Below are positions 1 to 13,772 of a DNA stretch of 64,000 nucleotides, one piece after another (the first letter of the stretch is position 1; every line of letters begins with the position of its first letter). Under the pieces are notes generated by a model. That model was not told the DNA's origin. It saw only the letters and a list, made by a program, of their open reading frames with translations, and searched no databases. Both the position numbers and the translations under genes were made by a program. This DNA comes from Octopus sinensis (Eukaryota): NCBI RefSeq assembly GCF_006345805.1, contig NC_043000.1, forward strand, positions 134,044,001 to 134,108,000, written 5' to 3'.

Positions 1-129
1 TTGTGATCCTCATTTGCAACCTTTGTGTGATGTTAAGACAAGGAAAAACAAACAACATGCACAAACACAAACATGCATACATGCATGCAAACAGACATAT
101 ATACATATGCATGTCATGCATTCCCTATG

Positions 130-785
130 GAAGCCCCTTTGGTGCCACAGCTCTATCTTCCTGAATATGAAACTTTGCATCTACAATGCATCAGTCCTCT
201 ATATTCTCCTCTATGGAACAGAAACAAAGCCCTAAAGCTCTTGGCAAAGGGGATCAACAGCCCTAGCAGAACCCTGAGGACCATTAACCCTTTCGTTACT
301 GTATTTATTTTGAGATGCTCTGTACTACTTTCAATTACTTTAAATATAACAAAGAATTTAGTAAAATAATTTAGTTATCATTCAGCTAGTTTTAGGAACA
401 TAAATTGTGACAAAGGTTTGGTGGAAGATTTTAGTTCAAAACTTTTGAAAACAGAGCCAGAGCCGGTTTCAGCCAGGCTGGTAACGAAAGGGTTAAAGAG
501 CTTTGTACATGCACATATCAGTCATCAGGTTCTCACCTCATAGGCATCCATCACACGTGCTGGTATGGACGTTTCCTCTACCTCTCATCAGATCATCCTA
601 CTAGGGCCTAACTCTCATTTGATGCAGCAGCTGCGGACTAGAAGAGGCTCCTTGGAACGCCCTGCACTAGATGGCTGGAGATGATTAAGGAAGATTTCCA
701 GGGGCTTGACATCACCTTGGAGGATGCAGAGGGGCTGGCACAGGATTTCCAGTGATGGGAAGCACTGGTGGTCCTGGTCAGCTTT
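130..785 (+). mobile_element. Old RTE-like LINE 3' coding remnant interrupted by a MITE
   Basis: KLCIYNASVLYILLYGTET at the left and GTPCTRWLEMIKEDFQGLDITLEDAEGLAQD at the right are typical RTE C-terminal motifs. Confidence 0.65.
288..492. mobile_element. TTAA-flanked MITE (piggyBac-type ends)
   Basis: TTAA|CCCTTTCGTTAC ... GTAACGAAAGGG|TTAA. Confidence 0.85.
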
Positions 786-1389
786 AAACGTGATGATTCC
801 TCCGAAACCACTAATCTGAGATGATCCCAACCCCATTCTGCAAGAACATAGAGAAAGACAGAGAAAGAGATTCAATGAGCTTATTTCCAGTTTCCACTTA
901 CCAGATCCACTAACAAGGCTTTCTTCAACCTGGCGCTGTAGTAAAAGCAATACTTGCCCAAAGTGTTGCACAGCGCTACTGAACTCAGGAAGTGAACTTT
1001 CTAACCACTCAATCATGTCTGCACCAAACCACACTTGCGCCAAGCCATACTTGTGTCATTGTCCTTTGTACATATTTTATTTTATTTTCTGATATACATT
1101 AGCTTTAGATTGTTAATTACTTAGAAATTGATCCAATGTATAATATTTATGTTCTATTATAACAGTAACACCCTGTATTTGATGTCTATATTAAATAACT
1201 GTCAATCATCCCAGTTTTGGTAGTTATATTTTTAATGCTTAAGTCTATGGCAATTGGTTTCCACTCTCCACTTAACAATGTCATATAAAGGAGCGGGGTT
1301 GCTTCTGTGTTTGTATTTGTTATGTTTGTATTTATTATTATATTATCATTTATGAATTTATATATAACTACAGAGGTATCAGAGGTATC

Positions 1390-3436
1390 CAAATAACTAC
1401 AGAGGTATCAAGCTGTTGGACCAGGTGATGAAGGTTACGGAGAGGGTCATAGCCCAACTAATTAGAGAGAGAGTTAGTTTAGATGAGATGCAGTTTGGGT
1501 TTGTGCCAGGGAAAAGTACTACTGATGCTATATTCCTGGTAAGGCAGCTGCAGGAGAAATACCTAGCCAAAGATAAGCCCCTGTACCTGGCTTTTGTTGA
1601 CATGGAGAAAGCCTTCGACAGGGTCCCCCGATCCCTTATCTGGTGGGCAATGAGGAAACTAGGGATAGATGAATGGTTAGTGAGAGCTGTGCGGGCCATG
1701 TACAGGGATGCCGCTAGTAGGGTGAGGGTTGGAAATGTGTACAGTGAAGAATTCCGGGTAGAGGTAGTAGTCCACCAAGGCTCAGTACTCAGCCCCCTCC
1801 TATTTATCATAGTCCTCCAGGCAATAACGGAGGAATTCAAGACAGGATGCCCTTGGGAGCTCCTCTATGCTGATGACCTTGCTCTAATTGCTGAGTCGCT
1901 ATCAGAACTGGAGGAGAAGTTTCAGGTGTGGAAACAAGGATTAGAATCGAAGGGCCTCAGAGTCAATCTAGCTAAAACCAAAGTCGTAATCAGTAGGAAG
2001 GTAGACAAATCACAAACACCTTCAGGTAGATGGCCCTGCTCGATCTGTAGAAAAGGTGTAGGTAGAAACTCTATAAGATGCACCAAGTGTAAGCTATGGA
2101 CACATAAGAGATGCAGCAATGTCAAAGGAAGGCTAACTAGGAAGATGGTTTTTGTATGTGGCAGATGCTCAGGAACAATAAACACTGAAAATGCTCTGAG
2201 ACCAACTTCCGTCACTTTCCAGGGAGAAAAACTAGAAATAGTTGATAGTTTCCGTTACCTAGGTGACCAGGTCAGCAGCGGGGGCGGTGTGCTGAAAGTG
2301 TAACTGCTAGAGTAAGAATAGCTTGGGCAAAGTTCAGAGAGCTCTTACCTCTGCTGGTGACAAAAGGCCTCTCGCACAGAGTGAAAGGCAGACTGTATGA
2401 TGCGTGTGTACGAACAGCCATGCTACATGGCAGTGAAACATGGGCCGTGACTGCTGAGGATATGCGTAAGCTCGCTAGAAATGAAGCCAGTATGCTCCGA
2501 TGGATGTGTAATGCCGGTACTCACAGTCGGCAGAGTGTAAGTACCTTGAGAGAAAAGCTGGACCTAAGAAGCATCAGTTGTGGTGTGCAAGAGAGACGTT
2601 TGCGCTGGTATGGTCATGTGGCGTGAATGGATGAAGATAGTTGTGTGAAAAAGTGCCACACCCTAGCGGTTGAGGGAACCTGTGGAAGAGGCAGACCCAG
2701 GAAAACCTGGGACGAGGTGGTGAAGCACGACCTTCGAACTTTAGGTCTCACTGAGGAAATGACTAGAGACCGAGACCTCTGGAAGTGTGCTGTGCGCGAG
2801 AAGACCCGGCAGGACAAGTGAGTCCATAACCCGTGGCCTTCTACATGGGATGGAGCCAGCCTACGTATGCATACCTTCCCTTCTTGGGACACAAAACTCT
2901 ACTTGTGAAGACGTGATGAGGCAAGTGAGGATCAGAATCGAAATCGATCAATGGAAATTGCGGATGTGCTACCAGTGCCGGTGGCATGTCAAAACTCTGC
3001 TTGTGAAGACCCGTTGAGGCAAGTGACGATCAGAATCGAAATCGATCAATGGAAATCGATCAATGGAAATTGCAGATGTGTTACCAGTGCCGGTGGCATG
3101 TAAGAGAACTTTCCGTTTCGCGACCGTTGCCAGCACCGCCCCGTTTCGTGTCCGTTGCCAGCCTCGCCTCGCCCTCGTGCCGGTGGCACATAAAAAGCAC
3201 CATCCGTTCGTGGCCGTTTGCCAGCTCTGTCTGGCACCAGTGCGGGTGGCACGTAAAAAGCACCCACTACACTCACGGAGTGGTTGGCGTTAGGAAGGGC
3301 ATCCAGCCATAGAAACACTGCCAGATTTGACTGGGCCTGATGAAGCCTTCTGGCTTCACAGACCCCAGTAGAACCGTCCAACCCATGCTAGCATGGAAAA
3401 CGGACGCTAAACGATGATGATGATGATGATGATGAT
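1390..3436 (+). mobile_element. 5'-truncated RTE-clade LINE with 3' UTR and (GAT)n tail
   Basis: The RT starts at NYRGIKLL and continues through QFGF, DMEKAFD, HQGSVLSPLLF, YADD and FRYLGD. The ORF ends at 2821, followed by a repeat-containing 3' UTR and a taaacgatgatgat tail. Confidence 0.95.
1416..2821 (+). pseudogene. RTE reverse transcriptase ORF remnant with an inserted PHD-type finger
   Basis: Three ORF pieces (1416-2303, 2357-2626, 2627-2821) join through a 1-nt frameshift near 2286 and a TGA at 2624-2626. C4HC3 finger at 2037-2168. Confidence 0.92.
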
Positions 3437-3689
3437 ATCTTTTGTTTCATACTTCTGAAAAAATACTGACATACTGAAAAACAATTTTTACTGTAATATG
3501 TTTAACCATTACTAAAGAAATATATTCACTGTATTATTATGTACAGAGGCATGTTTTTTTTTTATCATAATCCATTCAAAACGCTTTTATGAACTGTAAA
3601 TATATTATATACACATACATTTATATATATATATATATATATCATCATCATCATCATCGTTTAACGTCCACTTTCCATGCTAGCATGGG

Positions 3690-4628
<939 letters not shown>

Positions 4629-5593
4629 AGGCAAAACTTGAGTAGACACTCACATTCATTCTTTTCATGTATGATCAACATATCTTTCTACCCTGTTCCT
4701 ATTACTGAGTTCAATATAAGATAAGGTTTGCCCCATTTATAATATACATATACTTGTACATAATAATGTCTGTTTGTGTGTGTGTCTGTGTGTGTGTGTG
4801 TGTGTGTGTATGCATTTGTTTAAGAGAGTAAGATACTAAATACTACTAACCAACTAAGTGTTCCTAATGAAGGTACATTAATCTACTGACTCCATTTTCT
4901 CCTGACTAGTAAAATCAGGTTTTATTTCTTCTTTGTATTTCTTTTCAACTGGGTGGTTAAATGATAGGGAGGCATTCAAGCGTAAAAACAATTGCTTCAA
5001 CAAAAACCATTCCACCCACTCTAATACAGAAAAATCATCATCATCATCATCGTCGAGGCATGGCTGCACGTAGATGCAAGCATAGCTGTTCATAGGTTCA
5101 TAGGTTCAAACGTGTAGAGGTCCAGTCATGGCTGTGTTGTTAAGAAAGCTCACTTTGCAACCACATTGTGTCAGGTTCAGTCCCACTGCTTTGCAGGTTC
5201 AATCCCACTCAGCAACAAATTTAGTCCCACCTTGGACAAGTGTCTTCTTCTACTATAGCCCCATGCTCACCAACACCTTGTGAGTGAATTTGGTGGAGAA
5301 AAACTGTACGAAAGTTTGTTTTGTATCAGCTTTACAGTAGTGTTTATAGGTATCCACTACTGGTTGCATATCCTTGAATTTTTGCATACTCCATCTGCCA
5401 ACATTACAACTATCATGTAATTCCAAGCCCCAAGAAACACCACTGGACCCGAAATATCATGACCTCTACCGTTAGTTTTCTGTATTCTTTTGTATTCCAT
5501 GTAAATTTTTTCTGTAAATACAAAGTGATATCAAAAGGCTCCCAGACTAGTTATGCTTAATAAAAATAACTTAGTTACCTAAGTTTAAATATC

Positions 5594-5990
5594 ATCATCA
5601 TCGTTTAACATCTGTTTTCCATGCTAGCATGGGTTGGATGGTTAGACTGGGGTCTGGGAAGCCAGGAGGCTGCACCAGGCTCCAGTCTGATCTGGCAGTG
5701 TTTCTACAGCTGGATGCCCTTCCTAACGCCAACCACTCCATGAGTGTAGTGGGTGTTTTTTACGTGCCATCAGCACAGGGGCCAGAGGAGGCTGGCAAAC
5801 GGCCATGATCAGCTGGTGCTTTTACGTGTCACCGACATGGATGCCAGTCAGGTGGCGCTGGCATCTGCCACATTCAGATGGTGCTTTTTACGTGTCACCG
5901 GCACGGGTATCATAACTACAATTTCCATTTGATTTTTATTTTGATGTTGGTGTTGACGTACTTGACTCAATAGGTCTCCTCAAGGACAGC
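5594..5990 (-). mobile_element. RTE 3' tail copy; similar copies at ~3640-3691, 24480-24522, 30110-30500, 37915-38000, 59400-59757, 63568-64000
   Basis: All begin on the plus strand with (cat)n cgtttaa...ttttccatgctagcat(g/a)ggttgga, the reverse complement of the RTE 3' terminus at 3370-3436. Confidence 0.85.
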
Positions 5991-5994
5991 GGAT

Positions 5995-6600
5995 ATCTCC
6001 TTCAAAATAATCCCTTTGCACAGCAATACACCGTTCTCAGAATTCCTACCACTTTTGGAATCTAGCCTGGGAGTCATTTTCTATAAGCAAGTCAAGAACC
6101 TTCAGCAATTCACACTGGATTTCGCCAATGGTGTTAAAACAGCAACCTTTGAGCTGCAGTTTCATCTGGGAGAAGAGATGGCAGTCCACATTTGGTGAAT
6201 AGGGCAGGTGTGGAAGCAATATCATGTTTTTGGTGAGAAACTCACAAGTGAGGAGAGCTTGGTGAAGAATCTAGTTCTTTGTGATTCATAGATCTGGTTG
6301 CTTTCACCAAATGTCGTTCTTTAAATGCTTCAAAACTTTGCTGTAGAACTCTCAATTGATGTTCTGGCCCTGGGGGATGAATTCTCGATGCACAATACTA
6401 CATTTCTGGGAGTGACACTCATGGCAGGTCTTTCAAATTGCTCATCATCTTACAGGGACAGTCTTTCACTTTTGAAGCACCCTTGCCACTCAAAACATTG
6501 TATATGACCCATTGCCTTGTCACTGTAACCTTCCCAAGTTTAAAGCAAAATTTGACATTGGCTCTTTGTTCTAGTCCATAACAAAATCACAGACTACAGC
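5995..6600 (-). mobile_element. Degenerate mariner-like remnant
   Basis: Minus strand near 6580-6420 reads EQRANVKFCFKLGK...FKSERLSL*DDEQFERP, a mariner N-terminal pattern. Confidence 0.55.
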
Positions 6601-6830
6601 TTACGCATGATCTAAAAAACACAAATTTCAGAACTTGCAAAGTAAAAACAGCAAAGTCACTCAGCATACTGCTTCATGAAGGCCACTGCTAGCTCTCACT
6701 GTGCATGCAACTGTGTGCTGCCATCTGTTGACACACTACAGAAATAGTCCAATATAAATATCAATATGCTTATACACAAATGTTCTGAATATTTTCAGTT
6801 TTCGTTTCTCTCTCTATACATATATCCTTA

Positions 6831-7617
6831 CATCATCGTTTAATGTCCGTTTTCCATGCTAGCATGGGTTGGATGGTTTGACCAGGGTCTGGGAAGCCAG
6901 GAGGCTGCACCAGGCTCCAGTCTGATCTGGCAGTGTTTCTACAGCTGGATGCCCTTCCTAATGCCAACCACTCCGTGAATGTAGTGGGTGCTTTTTGTGT
7001 GCCATCGGCACGGAAGCCAGTCAAGGCGGTGCTGGCATTGGCCATGTTCGGATGGTGCTTTCTACGTGCCACCGGCATGGGTATCACAACTACAATTTCC
7101 ATTTGATTTTCATTTTGATGTTGATGTACTTGACTCAATAGGTCTCCTCAAGCACAGCAGGTCGCCCTACGATCCAAAGTACTTTTGAGTGGGCTGGGGC
7201 TGGTTATGTGAAACTGGTGTAAGAGACAGCTGTGAACTCAATTTATTTGCCAGGTCTTCGCAGTCACAACATATCTCCAAAGATCTTGTTTTTTCATCAT
7301 TACCTCTGTGAGGTCCAACGTTCAAAGGCCATGTTTCACCACCTCATCCCATGTCTTCCTGGATCTACCTCTGCCCCAGATTCCTTCAATTATTTGGGAG
7401 TGGCACTTCTTCATACAGCTCTCCTCATCTATCCATAGTACATGACCATACCTGTGCAAACATCTCTCTTGCACGTCACATCCAATGCTTCTTATGTCCA
7501 ACATTTCTCTCAGGGTGCTTACACTCTGTCGTGTGTGCGCACTGACATTACACATCCAGCAGATCATACTAGCTTCATTTCTTTCAAGCCTACGCATGCT
7601 CTCCGCTGTCACAACCC
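6831..7617 (-). mobile_element. 5'-truncated RTE LINE 3' end (RT C-terminus, 3' UTR, GAT tail)
   Basis: MTAESMRRLERNEASMICWMCNV...GRGRSRKTWDEVVKHGL, homologous to 2357-2821, with the same terminal aaaacggacattaaacgatgat. Confidence 0.88.
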
Positions 7618-7788
7618 ATGTTTCAGAAACCTAGGTATAACCGCAGAAAATAACAAGGTAAAAGTTTTTATTTTTCATTCCCTTCGAAAATTGCTCTTAA
7701 ATGTGGTTTTGGTCGTTTTGACTGCTTCTTCTAGCGTATAAAAATTATCAGTTAAAGGTAGTTTTCTCGTGTTTAAATGTACACTATT

Positions 7789-7843
<55 letters not shown>

Positions 7844-8044
7844 CAGGCTTTATTTGAGCATTTATGTGGGTAATCGTCCATGTTTAGCTCAACAGATTCA
7901 TGAACATAGAATATTAGTCTCCATTTCTCAAGCAGGCTGCAACAAGCAAGTATGCAAAACTTAAACTATGCAAACAATCATTATTTCTGCTACTTAATTA
8001 TAGTAAGTAGTTTCCTTTAACTGCTAAAATTGTATGTATACATA

Positions 8045-8442
8045 TCTTTATATATAAAAGTCAAGTTGTGTGTCTGTCTCCTACGATTTAGATTCCTAAC
8101 TACTCCCACATTTTGCGGTGCAGTTTAACCAAAACCGGGTATCTTATAGTCATGATTCATATCGAGCCCTTCTGGGTATTAGCGCGCGTCTACGATGAGT
8201 CTACGATTTTAAAAATAATTTACCATCATTTTTTCCCATTTTAATGCATTTTTTCGCAATTATATAAGGGAAGTAACTCTCTAAAAATGTCTACGATGAG
8301 TTAACGATTTTTAAAAAAAATTACCATCATTTTTTTTCCATTTTTGATGCATTTTTTTGCTATTTTTTGGCTATAACTCTCTAAAAATGGTTATATAGTT
8401 ATTTCCCTTACAAACCCGAGCAACGCCGGGCGATACTGCTAG
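8045..8442 (+). mobile_element. Non-autonomous Helitron (~400 bp)
   Basis: A|TC start (tctttatatataaaa), 3' hairpin cccgagcaacgccggg, then CTAG|T. Contains an internal ~100-bp direct duplication (about 8190-8289 / 8290-8388). Confidence 0.85.
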
Positions 8443-8989
8443 TCCTCAATAAAGACCGATAGATGGGAAAAAAAGATCGTTTGTATGAGATTCTGCTGCA
8501 GATCTCTTCGATAATGATTGATACTAATCTCATTTTTCTCGGCTGGGGAGTTTTTATGTTGGACAACATATTAATGGCAACACCGAAATGAGGAAACTGA
8601 CTAACCACCTGATAACCAGCTAAACAAATGAACGCAAGTCAAATAGAATCCATAATGATCAGAAAACTGGATAAACAGATGGTTTGTGAATACTAAATAT
8701 ATTCTCAAAGAAGAATGTACCTCTCTCCCCAGGAAGAAAATGGGAAATAGAGAATAATATCAGATTGCTTGAAAGAAAGATGACAGATATATGTAACTCG
8801 GAGGCAGGCACGTAGCAAGCCGATTGCAACTCGGCGGTGGTGGTGGTGGGGGGGGGGCTATCTTTATAGCTGTTGGTGCTGAACAGAATTCTAAAAACCG
8901 TACTGTTTATAAAATTTGATTACGTTTTTCAAGAAAATTCACAACACAAAATAATAAAATCAAGTTAATATAACTGCAATCTACAGCAA

Positions 8990-11560
8990 TGCAATAAACA
9001 AAAAAATTAAGAAAATCGTCCTTGTCTATGAGTGATTTGTATTTACTAAGAGAAGCAAGTATAAAAAAAATTTTGATTTTCGCGGTCGCGTCATATTTCG
9101 TCGAAAACGATGGCTCGCATGTGGCTGTGTTGGACCCAAATGTTAATGCTGCACCATACAATAGATAAACATTTGGAAAGACATCCTGTACGATACGTAA
9201 AGATCCAAAAATATCAAGCAGTGTCATCATATTTTGTTTGGAAATGTATGCTTTAGACACAGTAAGTTCAGACAACAAGGCCGATTTATCGCAATTAACT
9301 AAATTGCTCAAAGGTTTTAAAGTATCAAAATCCAAAAATGTCTCGGAGATTGGTAGCAGACTTGCCAAGGAAGAATATATGCTGTCGTTTTGCTCTGAAA
9401 ATCTATTATCTAGCTCTCCCAGGCTTTTATCGATGATGGCGAAATAAATTTTGTGGTGAAAGATTATCCAGTCATTTTGTGACGGTACCAGGGCTTCAAC
9501 AACATAATCTGAAAAACGTTGGGACCCGCAAGCTTTTCGTTGTATACGTTCCTCAATAACATTAAATTGGCTAATTTGTTTCAGAATCTCACCAAATATT
9601 AAAAAGCTTCTTAGTTTGGTTATTTCATTCTTGGCAATCTTAAGAAGCTGAAGGCCATGGTGTATGTATATCGCAATTGTAACTCTGAAGCTGTTTGTCT
9701 ACTGGCCTAATTATATGCAAAAATTTGTTAAGAACAAGGGCTAGAAAAACAAACTTTTTGGAACGAACATGATATAAAATTCTAGTTGCTTCAATCCACG
9801 TTTTTGAATCTGTGCACTCAACAAACCAGCAATCTTGGAGTGATTTTCTATTACAGAAGCAAAGGCACTGAAATGACCTGACCACCTATGCTTCATAAGA
9901 CGTGGCAATTTCAATCCTTTGCAGAGACTAGCTATTCTTGGCCATTTAATAACATTATGAAGAATATTAACGGTGTTGAAGAACGTAGCTAACTCCGGAA
10001 TCCGCTTTATTGTGTTAACCACAAGATGCAAATGATGATTAAGACAATGAACATAGGGTTTATGTTTTTCAAGTCGATTCTGAGTCTTTCATTGAACATT
10101 AATTTTGCCAGACAGTGCTCCTGTCTTTTTGTCTTGGCACTGACCACACAAGACACAGCCAGTGCCAGCGACGACACCCCAGCAGCCACGTTAAGACTTA
10201 CCAACCTCGTCCAACAGCATTACGGCAACCTCCTTCGTTGCCATCATCTCAACATCGTCAACATCATCTCTCTACGTACACAGCTCAGCAAGTATTTCAC
10301 CCAGGTTCTAACATTTCACTGTTCGTGAATTACTTCACGATGCATCAACAGCGAATATACATCCTGCAAGAACTCCTGTACCAAGTGACCCAGGCAGTAG
10401 CATCGCAGCCACGACTTCACGTACGACATGTACCTATAACTGGTTCAGCATCATGGCCGCGACTTCTTGATACAGTATTTCAACTACCGTGTACAATTGA
10501 CTACGAACTGGTATTCTCTTTCTTGTGTGCATGAACTCTCTTTTCATTTCGATGGTTATATACTCTTTCACAGTATTCTTCATTGCCATTCTTATCTGTT
10601 CTTAACAGGCGCATCATCTATGCTTACATACACATATATTTGTTCTCATGACAGCCTGTCTATTATTCTGTATAATTGACGCACACACAAACACACATAT
10701 TAACATATCAATAAATCTTCTCTTAATCATTCTACGCGGTTGTGTCTCCTTTTTCCCTCTGGCACTTATATGTACTATTCAATATGTATTTATTGTAAGG
10801 GCTGTATGATGTACTAAAGAGCGATTCTCATCCCCTCGCATAGCACAGTCCTTACATACCTAATAACAATCGCAATATTTTCAGTATTACTCAAATCATG
10901 CATTCCGTCACATTTCAGCATAAAATAAGAAACATCAGAACATTTTATTTCATCGACAAGGCTGACAGCGTATCTCCTCAACAATTCGATTATTTCGTTT
11001 TGTATTGCTGCTGAGGTATAGGTCACATTTTTTGGAACCGTGCTGTAATATTCCATTAGCTTTGAGTTTTTCTGTAATGTGTATTGGAATAATTTCATGA
11101 AAAGACCACAAGGCTGCGTCTCAACCTCCGAATAAAGATCCTCAAAAGCTTCATTTTCATTTCCTCGAAAAGGCAATTCGTTTGCGCCAAAAAAATGCAC
11201 AATATCAACAATTGAATTGATATAGTAACGGTTTTTGCTCCGCTGATCATTTTGCAAAATTGAAGGCACGAATGTTGTGGATAAGCACTGTTTGTGTGCC
11301 TTCCATGTTATCATAGCTTGGAAATGAACTGCAGACTTTGCGTGCTTATTTAAACCTTTGTTTGTTTGTTGTTTTTTTTTTTTGTTTTTTTTGCGTGATG
11401 CTAGTTAGAATATCCATCGTTAATAGAGCAAGTATCCACTTGATCAGAAGTGTTAAAGTGTCGACAAGGAAAACAAAATAACGTTTTCTTTGAAATAGAA
11501 TACTCTAACCATGAACGACCGATATACTAGCTTGATGACAAGTCACGTTTCTGATTTTCA
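8990..11560 (-). pseudogene. Decayed hAT transposase (ZMYM1-like: TTF zinc finger, DUF4371-like region, catalytic region, dimerisation domain)
   Basis: RSWLEYSISKKTLFCFPCRHF (~11460-11520); LPFRG...YTSAAIQNEIIE...CDGMHDLSNTENIAIVIRYV; YVHCLNHHLHLVVN; HRWSGHF; FPNVYLLYGAALTFGSNTATCEPSFS. Many frameshifts and a ~700-bp interruption at 10115-10810. Confidence 0.88.
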
Positions 11561-12690
11561 CAAATCTTTGAATCAAACTTTGCTAGAACTGGCTGTATTG
11601 GTTGGCAGTCGACCTGCCCTAGATCAGCCAATGAGGGTGTCAAAGACTCTGCAAACTTAACACTACCTTCCTTGAGCTACGAAACTTCTACGTTTGCAAT
11701 TCTCTTCTGTTTAGCATTAGATGAATCAGATTGGAAATTCTGCAATGATTGCTTCCGTTCACTTTTTCGACTGCGGTTCATTATTGTACTAACACTCCGT
11801 AATACACTGACCATAAGGTATACTTCGTTGAGTGATCTTACACTAATGTCGATTGAATAAAAACGATTTAACCAACACTTAATACTGGTGGATCTTTTCC
11901 TTTTGAACGACAGTTTTTCAACACAATTTCTAGTTAACTAAACACTTCTAAACTTCGTATACTGGTAGAATGTGTCAAAATAAAACATTTTTTCTCTTGG
12001 CTTTCTTGAGAAAGATCCATACTGATTTATATATATATAACAACAGGACGAGTCGTTTGTGACATAAGAAACCAAGTTTTATGGATTTATAAATTTTAGG
12101 GTCAGTACTCTGGTTCTATATTCGGGTCCGTCGCCAGACTCTGATACTTAGGGTGGCTTCAAAAAATCTGCGTGGGCACTAAAATTCGCAATAATTCTAA
12201 GGCAGAATATCGTAGCAAGTGTAACAATTTCTTATACTTCATGTATTTTTAAAATTAAACTCGAAGAGATTTCAGTTCAAGCAAATTTTTTCAACAATTT
12301 CTTCAAAGTTATGCTTTTTTGATTAAGCACAAAAAAAGGTTTCAGTATGAACTTTCGGAAAATATGCTCAAAGAGAAACAAAAATTATTCCGTGAATCTT
12401 CTCAGCTGAAAAGGCTCTTCTGAATGTATATTTCGGAAACATTCAAATTGTAAGTTCAAAATACCAACGATGGGAATTTTTTCTTACCTTTTTCCTGAAT
12501 TCACAAGCTCAGTAATATTTCCTGGCTGGTGGGAATAAAATGATTTGTTAATTTTCATCTCTATTCATATACATACTGTGTGTGCGTGTATGTGTGCATT
12601 ACCAGTACCATAAATCTCTCTCCCTCTCTCTTTCTCTCCCCTCTCTCTTTCTCTTTTATACACACACACACATATATATATACACATACA

Positions 12691-12811
<121 letters not shown>

Positions 12812-12827
12812 TATATATATAAGTTAG

Positions 12828-12969
12828 ATAAGGCCGGTTTATGGAATTTCTAGAGAGGCCACTCACTAGAGAAGCCTTTAGCCAACAGGTTTTAGGATTT
12901 GATGATACGCCATAAAACCAGACCCTTTATGAGCGTGAAACCTAAGGTAATCCCATAAACCGGCCTTAT
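12828..12969 (+). mobile_element. 142-bp PLE-related mini-element with short inverted ends and a hammerhead motif
   Basis: Inverted ends ataaggccggtttatgg / ccataaaccggccttat. The interior is homologous to the PLE arm at 13066-13184. Confidence 0.7.
12895..12953 (+). ncRNA. Type I hammerhead ribozyme motif (C3-to-U variant)
   Basis: GGAU UUGAUGA U ACGC CAUAAA accagaccc UUUAUG A GCGU GAAA CC UAA GG U A / AUCC. All three stems pair, and stem I extends through GGUUU/AAACC. Confidence 0.75.
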
Positions 12970-13034
12970 GTAACTTTAATATATACTGCTCTATAACTTA
13001 CAGTGTATTTCTTTTTTCAGATTTATGTTTACGG

Positions 13035-13072
<38 letters not shown>

Positions 13073-13088
13073 GGGTGGGCCGGTTTAT

Positions 13089-13149
13089 GGGGTTGCCCTG
13101 GGTTTCTCGCTCATAAGGGATTTAGCCTTACGGCGTATCTTCAGATCCC
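13089..13149 (-). ncRNA. Degenerate hammerhead motif in the left PLE arm (sense to the PLE ORF)
   Basis: Minus strand reads GGGAU CUGAAGA U ACGCCGUAAGG...CCUUAUGAGCGA GAAA CCCAGGG CA ACCCC. U16.1 is changed to C and stem I has one mismatch, so this copy is probably inactive. Confidence 0.7.
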
Positions 13150-13304
13150 AAACACTGCTGGTCTGAGAACTCTTTAAAATATGGAGGGAGAAAAGCCTAA
13201 TTTTTAAGGTAAAACTTTAGGCGATTATATCCCTTAGCCAGTCTCCATCGATCTTCGGCCGCACTGCCATCATGCAGTCACCAAGATTGTATCCCTTCGG
13301 CCTT

Positions 13305-13670
13305 GGTTATTGGTTTCCGCCTGTGGTGCCGCCATGCGGATCCCAAAAGGCCAGCAAGAATTTTCTAAAATTCAGCCATGGTCCGAAAATCTCTGTCCTA
13401 GAGTTCAGGATTTCCCCTGGCACGAGCGAGTCTTTAAGGATCCTCGGGCGCTCGGCAATGCATAACGTGTACCGTTTCGTCCCGTTTATGTAGGGGCCTG
13501 GGTTCTCCAGTACTTTTCATGCGATCGTGTATGGAATCTCCTAGTCTCGTAATTGCCAGATATGGTTGGGCCAGCGATGTCACGTATCTCCTTTCCGGGA
13601 CTCTGAAGTAGGATAGATGATTGGAAATACACTGTTTGAGAGAGTTCCCAGTGCACCCCACGTACTTCTG
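13305..13670 (-). pseudogene. PLE GIY-YIG endonuclease C-terminal remnant
   Basis: With one frameshift: QKYVGCTGNSLKQCISNHLSYFRVPERRYVTSLAQ/HIWQLRD*EIPYTIA*KVLENPGPYINGTKRYTLCIAERPRILKDSLVPGEILNSRTEIFGPWLNFRKFLLAFWD. This follows the PLE pattern YIG.T...K.R..NH..SF...T.L..HIW.LK...Y.I.W..L...PY...C.LC..E...LN.R.E...KFLL. Confidence 0.85.
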
Positions 13671-13711
13671 TGGGCACCATATTTTAAAGAGGTCTCAGAC
13701 CAGCAATGTTT

Positions 13712-13772
13712 GGGGTCTGAAGATACGCCGTAAGGCTAAATCCCTTATGAGCGAGAAATCCACGGTAACCCC
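13712..13772 (+). ncRNA. Type I hammerhead ribozyme motif in the right (inverted) PLE arm
   Basis: Stem I GGGGU(13712-16)/ACCCC(13768-72); core CUGAAGA(13717-23) plus an extra U; stem II CGC-CGUAAGG / CCUUAUG-A-GCG; GAAA(13755-58); stem III A-U-C-[CAC]-G-G-U; cleavage triplet GUA with predicted cut after 13767. Confidence 0.8.

Noticed and set aside
565-600. Minus-strand CTGATGA...GAAACGTC hammerhead-like core
   Set aside because: Neither stem I nor stem II can pair, and the site lies in a decayed RTE coding sequence.
2910-2950. gTGATGAg...cGAAAt hammerhead-like string in the RTE 3' UTR
   Set aside because: It lacks C3 and has no stem pairing, and the duplicated copy at ~3010 does not keep the motif.
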